Assembly: GCA_963664405.1 (NCBI GenBank)
Contig: OY761158.1
Span: forward strand, 1,248,001-1,312,000
Reading direction: 5' to 3'
Length of the DNA: 64,000 nt
Source of the DNA: Thermoanaerobaculia bacterium
GTDB lineage: Bacteria; Acidobacteriota; Thermoanaerobaculia; Multivoradales; Multivoraceae
Shown: piece after piece, positions 36,712 to 46,717 of the stretch
Numbering within the stretch: position 1 is the first letter of the stretch
Layout of the letters: the number at the start of each line of letters is the position of its first letter
Made by a program: the position numbers and the translations under genes
Notes under the pieces: model-generated
Told to the model about the DNA's origin: nothing
Database searches by the model: none
Seen by the model: only the letters and a program-made list of their open reading frames with translations

Positions 36712-37200
36712 ATGACTCGTAGAACGGCAGCGGTGCTCGCATTTCTTCTGGTTTCGACAGCGGCAGTCGCCGACATCAAGTTCACCCGGCTCTCTGAGAA
36801 CCGCTTCATTGTCAGCCATCGCAAGCAGCAGTCAATGCTCGGCGCCGAGGCTAAGGCGATGAAGACCCTGTACAGCGAGGTTGCATCCATCTGCATCGCT
36901 GCTGGCTACTCGCACTTCGAACTTGTGACCCAAGACGTGCAAGAGCGCAGCCGTGGCGGTCTGTGGGGTGGTGGCCGCGGTGCCTCTGGCACCGTTGATG
37001 TAAAGATGCGCAACGAGGCAGGCGAGGACCACATCGAGTGTGCCCCGCTGGCCGACCCAAAGAAGGTAGGGGTGGCCAAGAAGAAGCTGGCGAACGGCGA
37101 GTTGGAGTACCCGCGAACGATACCGGGCAAGCGCCAAAAGGCGAATGACGTATCGGAAAGCCCGGCGGTCCGCGACTCACTGCGGCGCACCTGCCGGTGA
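36712..37200 (+). CDS. Hypothetical secreted protein
   Basis: RBS, signal peptide; C-terminus may be a fusion. Confidence 0.55.
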   Translation: MTRRTAAVLAFLLVSTAAVADIKFTRLSENRFIVSHRKQQSMLGAEAKAMKTLYSEVASICIAAGYSHFELVTQDVQERSRGGLWGGGRGASGTVDVKMRNEAGEDHIECAPLADPKKVGVAKKKLANGELEYPRTIPGKRQKANDVSESPAVRDSLRRTCR

Positions 37201-37345
37201 TCACAGCCGTGACCGGAGTGGCAGGGGGCGCGCCGCGAACTGAGGATTGAGCGCCGGGATAGTGCAGTGTCGCCTTGCGTATCGCTTTGGCCGCCGCCGC
37301 CGGCGAGCTGCCGAACGCGCTAGACTGAGCCGATAGGAGTACGCC

Positions 37346-37591
37346 GTGTTCGACACACACACCATCGCCCGCACGTTGACCGACGCGGGCATCGACCCGA
37401 AGCACGCCGACGCCATCACCGCCGCCGTGCGCCAAGCCGCCGAGCATAGCGAACACGTTACGCCCGAGCACCTTGATGCGGCCCTGGCCGCCCTTGAAGC
37501 TCGCCTGACGTGGCGCTTCGCTGGCGCGATACTGGCGCAGACCATCGCCATGCTCGGCGGGATGGTCGCCATCCTGCGGTTGCTCGGCTGA
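37346..37591 (+). CDS. DUF1640/CCDC90-like small membrane-anchored protein
   Basis: FDTH..L.DAG...HADAI, C-terminal TM, AGGAG RBS. Confidence 0.7.
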   Translation: MFDTHTIARTLTDAGIDPKHADAITAAVRQAAEHSEHVTPEHLDAALAALEARLTWRFAGAILAQTIAMLGGMVAILRLLG

Positions 37592-37652
37592 TCCCTGCAG
37601 GTCCGGACGGTGTGGTCGAAGTCAGGTGGCCACGCTCGACTAGACTCTCGCC

Positions 37653-37890
37653 ATGAACGTTTTTCAGTCGCTCATGAATGACCGCGTGACGCTCGTCAAG
37701 AAGGACGGGAAACGGTTCGAGAATCTGTCCGCGTCAGTTCAAACCGGTCTGATATTGACGGACAACCCGGAAATCCCGATTGAGGATGGCGACCAGTTTG
37801 AGCGACAACTGCCGAGCGGGATTGTTGACGTTTACACCGTGGTGGACTCGGGGTTTCAGCAACGTCTTCACAGCATTCCGGCGCACCTGA
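37653..37890 (+). pseudogene. N-terminal fragment of a conserved hypothetical protein
   Basis: DRVTLVKKDG..PIEDGD..RQLPSG..IPAH, then an abrupt change. Confidence 0.4.
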
Positions 37891-37994
37891 GCTTGATTGA
37901 TTTGAGTCGGTCTTCTGCCGCCCTCGCCCAGATCGAGAGCGCCTGGACCGTGCCGGGCAGGTCGGCCAAGGTTTCGGCACCTTGGGGCCGTGGG

Positions 37995-38109
37995 AGAGGT
38001 GGCGCTCACAAGCCAGACGCACTAGCCGCCCGGTAACGAGCTCGCCAGCACAAACCGCCTCAGCGTAGGCCGTCGCCGGGTCAGTTTGGACGATCGGGTC
38101 TGGGATCAT
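37995..38109 (-). pseudogene. Terminase large subunit N-terminal stub
   Basis: DPATAYAEAVCAGE..GRLVRLACERHL overlapping the terS end. Confidence 0.75.
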
Positions 38110-38569
38110 CGCCCCTCAGATACCTCGCCCCTATATCCTCATCCTCGTCAACGGGCTCAGAGATATCTAGCACTTGTGCGTCTTTTGGCGACAAGCCAAG
38201 ATCAGCCTGGAACGAGCGCATGAGCTTGTATTCTCGGTTTAGTGGCTGTAATAGGTGATGCTGCGCCATATTCACCTGCCCATTTACGCCCGTATGAAGC
38301 ACCTGTGGGCCATCTTCTTTTAGTATAGCTTCCATCTCCCGGCAGCGCGCCCAGGCCGCGCACCAGCCAGCCATAGCGCCCTCGTATTTAGCCCTGAGCG
38401 TACCGTCCTCCGCCATGCGAAAACAGAGCTTGCGCCATATGACCCTTGCCTTATTCGACAACTCAGCGGGCGGCTTCGGGTGCACAGTGTCCACGGGCGG
38501 TCGATGCAGGGAGCGATCCGCCCGAGCCGTTCCCTGGAGCTCCTTCTGTGCCTGGGTCTTACGTCTCAC
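38081..38569 (-). CDS. Phage terminase small subunit (P27-like), copy 2
   Basis: K.LQGT.RADR, PKPPAELS, DLGLSP. Confidence 0.82.
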   Translation of the reverse strand: MRRKTQAQKELQGTARADRSLHRPPVDTVHPKPPAELSNKARVIWRKLCFRMAEDGTLRAKYEGAMAGWCAAWARCREMEAILKEDGPQVLHTGVNGQVNMAQHHLLQPLNREYKLMRSFQADLGLSPKDAQVLDISEPVDEDEDIGARYLRGDDPRPDRPN

Positions 38570-38589
38570 CGGCTCATCCTAGCCTAGAA

Positions 38590-38690
38590 TTAGAAAAATT
38601 CACATTGACACGATACCTAGAACACGGGCGCGTCGCTGAAGGCCCTCTTTTATCAGATTAAATGTTTGGTACCCCCCCCCGTACCCGTTC
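38590..38690 (-). other. Putative cos packaging region
   Basis: G9 run, AT-rich tract, GC-rich GCGACGCGCCC, then AATTTTT, directly upstream of terS. Confidence 0.5.
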
Positions 38691-38696
38691 GGCCCT

Positions 38697-38956
38697 TTAA
38701 GGGGCCTCTGAGGGCCTCACAGGGGTATCCTAGCCGCGACTTGATAAACCCCGCGACACACCCGGCCATTACCCGGCCATTAAGTATAAAACTCCTACTT
38801 TTATGCGTCACGGAGACGCCTTTTAAATCAGAATCTGATACCACCCCACACCCACCCCCTCGCCAGCGTCCGTTCGCGCTGTTAAGGGGCCTCTGAGGGC
38901 CTCACAAGGGCACTCTTGGCCGCGACTTGATAGGCAATCAGGCAATCAGGCAATCA
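38697..38956. repeat. Repeat-dense noncoding block
   Basis: 50-bp direct repeats (38697-38746, 38882-38932); ACCCGGCCATT x2 (38760-38781); GGCAATCA x3 (38933-38956). Confidence 0.85.
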
Positions 38957-39049
38957 AGAAGGAGACTTCGCCCAGCCTCCTCGAGCAGCGCGGGGTCGTC
39001 TTCTGCGAGCAGCCTCATCAGGCTCGCAGCCTCGGCCAGGCTAATCTAA

Positions 39050-41054
39050 GGGTCGGCGCGGAAATAACTTCACATTATCGCCGGAGCGTGTGAGGCCGAG
39101 GCGCCACAGGGCGGTCGCTGCATTGGAGGTGGTGGTGAGCTGAGCCCAGGCTGTGGGGCAAGCTCTTCCTGCTCGGTTCGCGGTCTCGGCGAGAGGGTGT
39201 AGTTCCACTTTCCTAGGAAGTCGCTCCTGGCCACCGCGAGCTGCAGCATTTCCTTGTCCGATACCCTGACTCCTTTCTGGTATTGGCGTTGATCACGGCA
39301 CGGCTCGACGCGCAGTCCGGTGGATGTCGTCGTGTTGCGGACGAGGTTGACGAGGATCTCGAAACTCTCGAGAGGAACTCCGGCCCAGTTCTTGCTGATC
39401 TCGCTGAACATCCTGTGCTCGATGGGATTCCATTTACTGGTGCCAGTTGGATAGTGGGCGACGGTGATGATGAGGCCGCACTTGTCTACGAGCTTCTCCT
39501 GGAGGTACTTCTTCCAGGCTCGAAGCCGTGCGCCGTTGCTTGCGCCGCTGTCGGCAAGAATGAGGAGACGCTGAGACGCCGGATAGTGAGATCGACCGTA
39601 TTTGAGCCACCAGGTCGCGATGCTGTTGACAGCGAACTCCGGCGTGTCCGACGACTGTCCGAGGACGAGAACGCCGAAGTTCCTCTGAAGATCGTAGATC
39701 CCATAGGGGGAGGCGATGGCGAGAGCTTCGGACCGGAAGTCGTGATCCTTGACCCGCTTGGCCTCGCGGCACCATGTCTGTCCCTGGTTCTTGAACCGAC
39801 CGATCAGCTCCTTCTTCTTCGTATCGACGCTGATGATCGGGTCGCCAGCGCTTGTGAAATCCTCGCGCAGTCGCTTGATGGCCTTGAACTGTGCATCACG
39901 ATCTGGGGAGTTCCCCGAAGACAGACATTTCCTATTGCTCTTGAGGGAATAGTTCAGGTCTGCGAGCAATCGACGCACCACCGTAGCCGATACGATGATG
40001 TCAAGGCGTTCGGCAAGGCATTGGGCCACCTTTGCAGCGGTCTCGTGCGTCCATCTTTTTGATGACATGGGATCACCAGCTATATCGGCCTCGAGTATGG
40101 AATGGATTCCATCGACTATCTCGGGCGTTTTTTTTCCACTCGTTGGTTGCCACCGCCTGCTCTTCGAACTCTTCCGCGCTCCACGGAGCCGCCGAAGAGC
40201 TCGCGACGTCCTTTTGCGACTGTATGAGGGTCCAGGTCCAGAAGATCGGCGATCTTCCGGTCGCCGCCATGCCCGAGCTTGGTCGCTTCCAGGCCAGCGA
40301 AGAGCCGCCGCTGGCGTTCGTCTAGCAGGCTGAAGAATAAAACGATGGCAGCCCTGAGCTCCTCGGGGAGCACTTCTGGAACGAGGCTGGCAGCTACATC
40401 CTGGAGAGCCTGCCGTTCGTTGCGCATCAGCTTCTGCTGACGACGGCGCCCTGTTTCCGAGCACAAGTATACGAACCTCTTCCCAACTCTGGATCGTACG
40501 ATTCTCTTGCGACGAACGAGGTGCAACATCGCGTGCTTGACCTCGACCTGCAGCAGGAGCTCGAGTTCAGAAGCCGTATAGCCGGCAGCGGACCGGTCCA
40601 CGGCAGCCACCGCAGTTTCGAGGAGGCTGCCATGCCGACTGAACCTCGCCGAACCGCACGACCACAAACCCAGATCGTCGAAATCGGGAATCTCGTTCAA
40701 GGTATAGAACCGCCCTCGATCCGAGTAGCTGGCCAAATAGCCCAATCGAGACAGCGAACGGTAGACCGTCATGGTGGCTCGGGTTCCCATGGCGTCCTTG
40801 AGCTCATCCATGGTGGCCATCTGTTCGCTCATCAAGAGCTCGCGCACTGTTGCATCACGATCTTCGGCTCGTACCATTTGGTATAGTTCCCCTTCCAAAA
40901 GAGGTGACAGGGAAAACTATACCAAATGCGGGCAGGGCTATGCTAGCTCTAAACCTTGCAAACAAGGCGCGTACCGGAGGATTATGCGGTGGCTGAAGAA
41001 GGGGGCAGTGGTATGGTCACCCCAGATACTGGAAACTTATTTCCGCGCCGACCC
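39050..41054 (-). mobile_element. Complete ISAzo13-family element, two ORFs, 3-bp target duplication TAA
   Basis: Perfect 18-bp IR GGGTCGGCGCGGAAATAA; ISVDTKKKELIG, SKWNPIEHR; A8 run in the ORF overlap. Confidence 0.92.
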
Positions 41055-41580
41055 TAAGGAAACTTCGCAAGGTGTAACTCAGCTCTCGTAATCACTTCTT
41101 CTCTTCCAGCATCCCAGGGTAATGAGTGTTGCCTCGGTGTCCTCGCAGAATCCTTATTCGACCTTTTGGCAGTTTTGGCAGTAGGTAGGTCTTTCTGCGG
41201 GGCGAGAACGTCGTCCACCATGCGAGCGAAGGTCACTCGCTCGGCGGTGTCCTGGTCGTGGCCAGCCGCCAGCTCGAGCTCAAGCCAGTAATCGAAGTAC
41301 TCACGGCACTCGGCCGATAGGGTTGGTAGGTTCTTGCGAACGTAGTCGATAGGGTAGCGCAGATGGCGCGGATTGATCCTTACCTCTCGTCGCGGAGCTA
41401 GGTAGCCGCAGGAGCAAGCAAGCACTCGAACGCCAGAGGCGAGGAGATCGGAGCAGTGTCGACAACCACCCTGCCCGATTGAGTCGTGGACAGCTTTAGC
41501 AGCTTTAGCAGCTTTAGCAGGGGTACGTAGCTCCGCGACGACTTCGTAGGGATCAAAATCAGCGAGGATCATTTCCCGTG
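41054..41580 (-). CDS. Hypothetical satellite protein with CxxC..CxC
   Basis: Coupled to the helicase stop; start uncertain. Confidence 0.45.
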
Positions 41581-43048
41581 GATCATCCATACGTCGGAGC
41601 GCCTCTTTCCGTCGACCTCGGCTCCGTCCGGTACCCTCGCGAGCCAACCGTGCTCCTCGAGTGTCTCGACGACAGAGGTCGCAGACTTTCGATCCCTTAT
41701 CGCTGCCGGTCCACGCTGGTAGATGTCGGGCAGAGACACCAGCGCTTCCGTCCAGCCATCCCTAAGCCAAGCCAGAACTCTTCCCGCCAACAACAACTTC
41801 TCGTCCACGTGTGCCACGTCCGTCAGTCTTTGGGCCTCGCTGCCGTAGTAGAGAACAAGCTCGATGCCTCGGCATATTTGGTCGGCTGAGACCGTACGAC
41901 CGTCTGGATCCTCAACGACAGCAAGCACTCCAGCCAACCGAGCCGCATGCTCCGGCATCTTGTTCGCGAAGGGCCTGATGCTCGCCAGCGACCCGCTGGG
42001 ACCCCGATCTTTCTCGACACAATCGGAGAACTTCACCCATGTCATTGCTGCTTTCGGGTCCATCCGGAGTGTCGCTGGCTCAAGCCCCAGCGCCCGATCC
42101 GAGCAGGGCATCGGCCGGTTAAGAAGTGCCAGCATCCAATCCACATACCGATCGAAGTTTTCAGTGCTCTCTTGCGAAACCTCTCGATGGAATCGAGTTC
42201 CCGCCAGCGACTTTGGCGCTGAGATCAGCATGCGCGACAGTAGTCCCTGATCCTGAAGTCGCTCGTCGGCCAGCAAGTCGCTGGAGAGCTGCGGCTGGAC
42301 CATGAGGTGAATAGTTAGGCGTCGACCTGGGAGATTTGAGCTCCCGTCGCCAGCCCGTACCCTCTTGATCGCCTTGCCATCCCAGAGGGCGCTGAGTCCC
42401 GCGGCAGTCTTAATGCGATTGTCCTTGGTCATGCCAAAGCCACCGAGAAACTGCCCCCCTTCTGAAGAGAACATTCCGAGGGACGGTGACCCTATTGCGA
42501 ACAGCTTTATGAGGCCCTCGAGCGTTGGTTCATCCATCGTCCGAATCGGTGGCGCCGGCGGCTCAGGCTTCGGACCAAGATCTCCCAGCTGCTTCGTCTT
42601 CTCCTCGGTGCCGATCTTCTTGTTCTGGAGAATCTGTTTCCGCTCGGTATCCCAGACCGCTGCGACATTCTCGTGATCCTGGCGCTCTTGGTCGTAGGCG
42701 CTGGCCAGGGACTTCTCTAGCATCGTGACTGGTTCGAGAGCGTAGTCATCAGATGTCGTCTTGCGGTCGCCGCTCTCGGCCACCGTCAGGAAGAACTCTG
42801 ACAATGGCCGTGGTGAGCCTACGGGCGGGTGGATATTGCAGAAGGGTTGGGCTGCCAGGGTTACGGCTGCGAGGACGCTTTGCGCGCAGATACCGTCAGG
42901 GGCCTGTGTCTTCTCCTGGATCGCGGCTGCTGCAGGCGCCAATCTCGGACCAAGGGCTTCGATCGGATATGGCTCCGGATCCGGAAGCTCTCGAATAAGC
43001 GGTTCTGGGTCGGTACCCCTGCTAAAGCTGCTAAAGCTGCTAAAGCTG
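41491..43048. repeat. Perfect 36-bp inverted repeat pair (41491-41526 / 43013-43048) built of CAGCTTTAG x3
   Basis: Read directly on both strands. Confidence 0.92.
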
Positions 43049-43119
43049 GTAGGCGCGACGGCGGGCGGTTGGTACACGTCGGCGTCCGCTATTACGCGGC
43101 GCACATCTGCTTCGGACAT
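41569..43119 (-). CDS. DUF3987/YfjI-family replication helicase-like protein
   Basis: YPIEAL, AESGDRKTT, TLEGL, SSEGG, QGLLSRML. Confidence 0.88.
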   Translation of the reverse strand: MSEADVRRVIADADVYQPPAVAPTSFSSFSSFSRGTDPEPLIRELPDPEPYPIEALGPRLAPAAAAIQEKTQAPDGICAQSVLAAVTLAAQPFCNIHPPVGSPRPLSEFFLTVAESGDRKTTSDDYALEPVTMLEKSLASAYDQERQDHENVAAVWDTERKQILQNKKIGTEEKTKQLGDLGPKPEPPAPPIRTMDEPTLEGLIKLFAIGSPSLGMFSSEGGQFLGGFGMTKDNRIKTAAGLSALWDGKAIKRVRAGDGSSNLPGRRLTIHLMVQPQLSSDLLADERLQDQGLLSRMLISAPKSLAGTRFHREVSQESTENFDRYVDWMLALLNRPMPCSDRALGLEPATLRMDPKAAMTWVKFSDCVEKDRGPSGSLASIRPFANKMPEHAARLAGVLAVVEDPDGRTVSADQICRGIELVLYYGSEAQRLTDVAHVDEKLLLAGRVLAWLRDGWTEALVSLPDIYQRGPAAIRDRKSATSVVETLEEHGWLARVPDGAEVDGKRRSDVWMIHGK

Positions 43120-44078
43120 GTCTCTGTCCCTTCGGAGTTGAGTAGTAAATCTAAGAAGTCCTTGCCCGCAGTGGGCGGTTTACAAATGCGCACTACGCGC
43201 CCCTCGCCATGTGCCCGCTTGGCTGCCGCCTCGGCGGCGCGCTCGCCAGCTTCATCGTGATCGGCGGCGATGATGACTTCACGCGCAAGCGGTAGCTGCG
43301 GCAGCTCGATCTTTCTAATGCCGCCTGCCGAGAGCGCTGCCCACGTTGGCTCTCCCGTCGCCTGCTGGACGGCCAAGCCGGTTTCGATGCCCTCGGTGAT
43401 GGCGAGCTCTTCGCCGGCCGCAGCCAGCCTTACCGCGCCGCCCATCACTGGCCCCATCATCTTCCTCTCCGGCTTCACCGGCGCCTTGCCCGAACCATCG
43501 CGCTGGAGGTACGTGCGATGCACCGCAACGACTTGACGGCTCTCACCCACCGCTACAGCTGCCAGCAAGGCGGGCCACCGCTCACCGCCCTCCTGGTGGA
43601 ACTCGTCCGGCAGGAATGCCAATGTCGGCGGGTATGGCGGCTCGAGGCCACGGCTGCGCAGATAGCTTTCGGCGATGGAGTCCGGGAGCTCTTGCCGGCG
43701 GGCCCAGATCTCGCGGGCCAGGGCAGAGTTTCGGGCTGCTTTTGCGTTGCGCTCGGCGGCGACAACAGACTCTGTCTGTCTCGGTGCAGATGGATAATCT
43801 GCACCGACAAAGCCGCCAGTGAGTTCTTCTACGGCTTCGCGGAAGCTCAGGCCACTTAACCGCTGCGCGAGCTTGATGACGTCGCCACCCTCGCCACAAC
43901 CGAAGCAGTGGTAGAGGCTGCGCTCAGGGTCAACACTGAACGAAGGCGTCTTCTCCTTGTGGAGGGGGCACAGTGCAGAATACTGGCTGCCCTGCTTCTC
44001 GAGCCTAATGCCGTGCTGCTCGCACACACGGAGGATCGGCGCGCGGCGTGCCGCCTCGATGTCGAGGAGCGCGGTCAT
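43092..44078 (-). CDS. CHC2 zinc finger + Toprim primase
   Basis: CPLHKEKTPSF..CFGC, TEGIETGL, AADHD. Confidence 0.9.
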   Translation of the reverse strand: MTALLDIEAARRAPILRVCEQHGIRLEKQGSQYSALCPLHKEKTPSFSVDPERSLYHCFGCGEGGDVIKLAQRLSGLSFREAVEELTGGFVGADYPSAPRQTESVVAAERNAKAARNSALAREIWARRQELPDSIAESYLRSRGLEPPYPPTLAFLPDEFHQEGGERWPALLAAVAVGESRQVVAVHRTYLQRDGSGKAPVKPERKMMGPVMGGAVRLAAAGEELAITEGIETGLAVQQATGEPTWAALSAGGIRKIELPQLPLAREVIIAADHDEAGERAAEAAAKRAHGEGRVVRICKPPTAGKDFLDLLLNSEGTETCPKQMCAA

Positions 44079-44271
44079 CTGATTGCTTCTTCCTCGAGTC
44101 CGAACTCCGTGGCGCGATGAGCTCGTGGTCGTTTCGACCGCGCCGGTGGGTTCCGGTCACCGTTCCGATGGGACTGAGGTTCTGGGCAGGAGAAGGCGCC
44201 TTCGTCGCCCGTCCGCTTGCCGTTGCGAGCCATAACGGCCTGCTCGAGCTCGGGCAGGTGTCGTCCCGGGG

Positions 44272-44529
44272 TCATCCGGTAGACCCTCGGCCGGCCATCT
44301 CCTGCCGGACCCTCTCCAGGCGCGTTGTGGTGACATGCGTGCGCGCGCTCACCCATGCCGAAACGTCGCTCGGTCGATATCTCACGAGCCTTCCCACTTT
44401 GCAAAACGGCAAGGGCGGAGTGATACCGCGCGACCTCCACGCCTCGAGCGCGGCAGGGGATACGCCTAAGATCTCAGCGGTTTGCGTGGGCGTAAGGAGC
44501 GGTGCGAGAGAATCTGCGTTGAAACCCAT
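44272..44529 (-). CDS. Excisionase/AlpA-like HTH protein
   Basis: LLTPTQTAEILGVS..WR..KVGRLVRYR. Confidence 0.85.
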   Translation of the reverse strand: MGFNADSLAPLLTPTQTAEILGVSPAALEAWRSRGITPPLPFCKVGRLVRYRPSDVSAWVSARTHVTTTRLERVRQEMAGRGSTG

Positions 44530-44627
44530 TCCGTGTCCCTCCGGACGCAGCCAGCTCCATCGCTAATGCGTGGGCTTTGTCGTCCTATGGTCTAGGATTG
44601 TAGGGATGGGGTGTCGCGGTATCGTCG

Positions 44628-45290
44628 CTAGTGCGACGATCCTTTTCGAGAGCGTGCCACGTAGCTCTTGAAAGTCGGGAATGTGATCCGCTTGTCTGGG
44701 CCGATTCCGTCCAGCCTTTGCTCGTAGAGGTGCTCGCCCTCGCGGTAGATCACGTAGTCGTTGATCTCTATTCCGTCGCCCTCTGGAAGGGATCTCCACA
44801 GCATCTTCGCTGAGATGTTCGGATTCTCAGCTCTCTCGCGGTCGACCCAGGCCTGTATTCCTCGCCGGTACTTCGGGGCTTCGGCGGCTTCTCGCGCCTG
44901 GTCGAGGTTACGCATGCCTCGCAGTACGTCCTCGAAGGACACTTGCGCGAGTGTATGGAGTGCGCAGACTAGCGCCCCCTGTGGGCTTCGCTCCCAGTTC
45001 GCACGTATCCATTCGACCCTCCCCATGAGGAGCTGCGCAGCCCCGACTTCGGCCCGTCGGGGTTTCGATCGCTTCCCCCGTTTCGACCGCAGCATGCGAC
45101 GGGCCTTGCCCTCGATCTGGGTCAGCGACTGCTCGATCACTTCTTCAGGCGAAGGGAGCTGGATTTCGCCTCCTACAATATCTCCTTGATCGTTGACACG
45201 GAGAGAGGCCAAGGGCAGTTCCAGGTGGATGAGGTCGTCTTCGGATTCCACCTCTCCGAGTAGCCTTAGAGGTCGGGGCTCCTTCGCCAT
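44628..45290 (-). CDS. Hypothetical protein downstream of the integrase
   Basis: 220-aa ORF with RBS, in the int-xis interval. Confidence 0.65.
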   Translation of the reverse strand: MAKEPRPLRLLGEVESEDDLIHLELPLASLRVNDQGDIVGGEIQLPSPEEVIEQSLTQIEGKARRMLRSKRGKRSKPRRAEVGAAQLLMGRVEWIRANWERSPQGALVCALHTLAQVSFEDVLRGMRNLDQAREAAEAPKYRRGIQAWVDRERAENPNISAKMLWRSLPEGDGIEINDYVIYREGEHLYEQRLDGIGPDKRITFPTFKSYVARSRKGSSH

Positions 45291-45309
45291 CTCGGGGTTA
45301 CACCCTTCC

Positions 45310-46530
45310 TTAGGCTCTCTCTTTGGAGCCCATCTCTACCACCTCGCCCCCGGGGGAGCCTTCAAGTGCCCGGGCTATTTCGGATGCGATGCGCTCTGCA
45401 CCGGCGCGTACTGGATCCTCGGCGAGATGTGCGTAGCGGGCCGTCGTCTGTGGGCTCGAGTGCCCTAGGACCTTACCGACAATGTAGAGCCCTAAGCCGG
45501 CCGACGCGCCTACCGACGCGAAGCTGTGGCGGAGGTCGTGCAGCCGCACGTCTTCTAGCCCGGCGCTCTCGCGGACGCGCTGCCAGACGTGTTGTAGCGT
45601 AGCTAAGGGCTCTCCGTCGCGGCTGCCGAAGCAGACGTAGGGGTTGCCCGCTTGGCGCTCTGCGTTGGCCAAGAGTTCGCGGACGGGGGCAGTCAAGGGC
45701 AACGCCTTGCGGCCCGTCTTCGAGTCTGGCAGGACGATGAAGCCCCGCTCCCAGTCGACGTCATCCCAGCGCAAAGAGAGCACCTCGCCGGCCCGCATAC
45801 CAGTTAGGAGTAGGAGACGCAGAGCGAGCGTCGTGGTGGGTAGTTGGTCGATCTCCTTCTCGGTCTTCTCGATCGCCTCGGCTACGCGGGCTAGCTCCTT
45901 GCCGGTGAGGAACCGCTCCAATCGGTGCTCGGGGTAGCGAGTGACTAAGGCGGCAGGATTCGTTCCCTGAGCGCGTAGACCCCGCCGCTCGGCAAAGCCG
46001 AGCATTGCCTGTATGACACCTATCGTGTAGTTCGCGGTGCGCTTGGCGCGCCGGCCGATGGACCGATGGAGGCGCTCGACATCCTCTTGCATCAGCTCTT
46101 CGACCTCGATACGCCCAAGGGCGGGGATGACCTCTCGCCGAAGGATGCGGTCGTACTCGTAGATCGTCGAGGGCTTGCAAGTGGGGCGCAGGTGTTCGTC
46201 GAGGTAGAGCTCCGCGAGCTCGGCGACGGTGAGCTTGTCTCGTGCCGCCCGACGTTGGACGAGCGGGTCAAAACCGCGGGCAATCGCAGCGAAGTGCTCG
46301 CGGGCAATCGCCCTGGCCTCCTCGAGCCGGAATCTGCCTATCGGCCCAAGGGACATTCGCCGGTTGCGGCCCGACGGTGCTCGGTACTCGATGAAGTACG
46401 AGCGTGACCCCGAGGGCTTCACCCGGACGCCGAACCCCACCTGCTCAGTATCGCGTAGATAAACATCTCGTGCCGGGTCGGGTCGGCAGGAGTGAACTCG
46501 CTTCTCCGTGAGCTTGATGCGCGGCCGCAT
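45310..46530 (-). CDS. int: Tyrosine integrase with an arm-binding domain
   Basis: GFGVRV..SG, TGMRAGE, HDLRH, LGHS, TTARY. Confidence 0.95.
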   Translation of the reverse strand: MRPRIKLTEKRVHSCRPDPARDVYLRDTEQVGFGVRVKPSGSRSYFIEYRAPSGRNRRMSLGPIGRFRLEEARAIAREHFAAIARGFDPLVQRRAARDKLTVAELAELYLDEHLRPTCKPSTIYEYDRILRREVIPALGRIEVEELMQEDVERLHRSIGRRAKRTANYTIGVIQAMLGFAERRGLRAQGTNPAALVTRYPEHRLERFLTGKELARVAEAIEKTEKEIDQLPTTTLALRLLLLTGMRAGEVLSLRWDDVDWERGFIVLPDSKTGRKALPLTAPVRELLANAERQAGNPYVCFGSRDGEPLATLQHVWQRVRESAGLEDVRLHDLRHSFASVGASAGLGLYIVGKVLGHSSPQTTARYAHLAEDPVRAGAERIASEIARALEGSPGGEVVEMGSKERA

Positions 46531-46717
46531 GGTGGTGGATTTCTCCTCCGACAGTTTCCTACCCTGTGCCTACCTAGAGGGTAGGCGAGGGGTAGGATTG
46601 AGGTATCGGTTTTCATAGTACAGCATCGGGAATGGTATGGAAAGAGGCTTTACTAAAGGCTTTACTGGCAACTATTTAGAGGGCTGCATAGGGCTTCATC
46701 GGGGTCATCTACCCAGA

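Noticed and set aside
46637-46717. Independent start for a 493-aa gene
   Set aside because: These codons are island att DNA with no signal peptide; real coding similarity begins at the core
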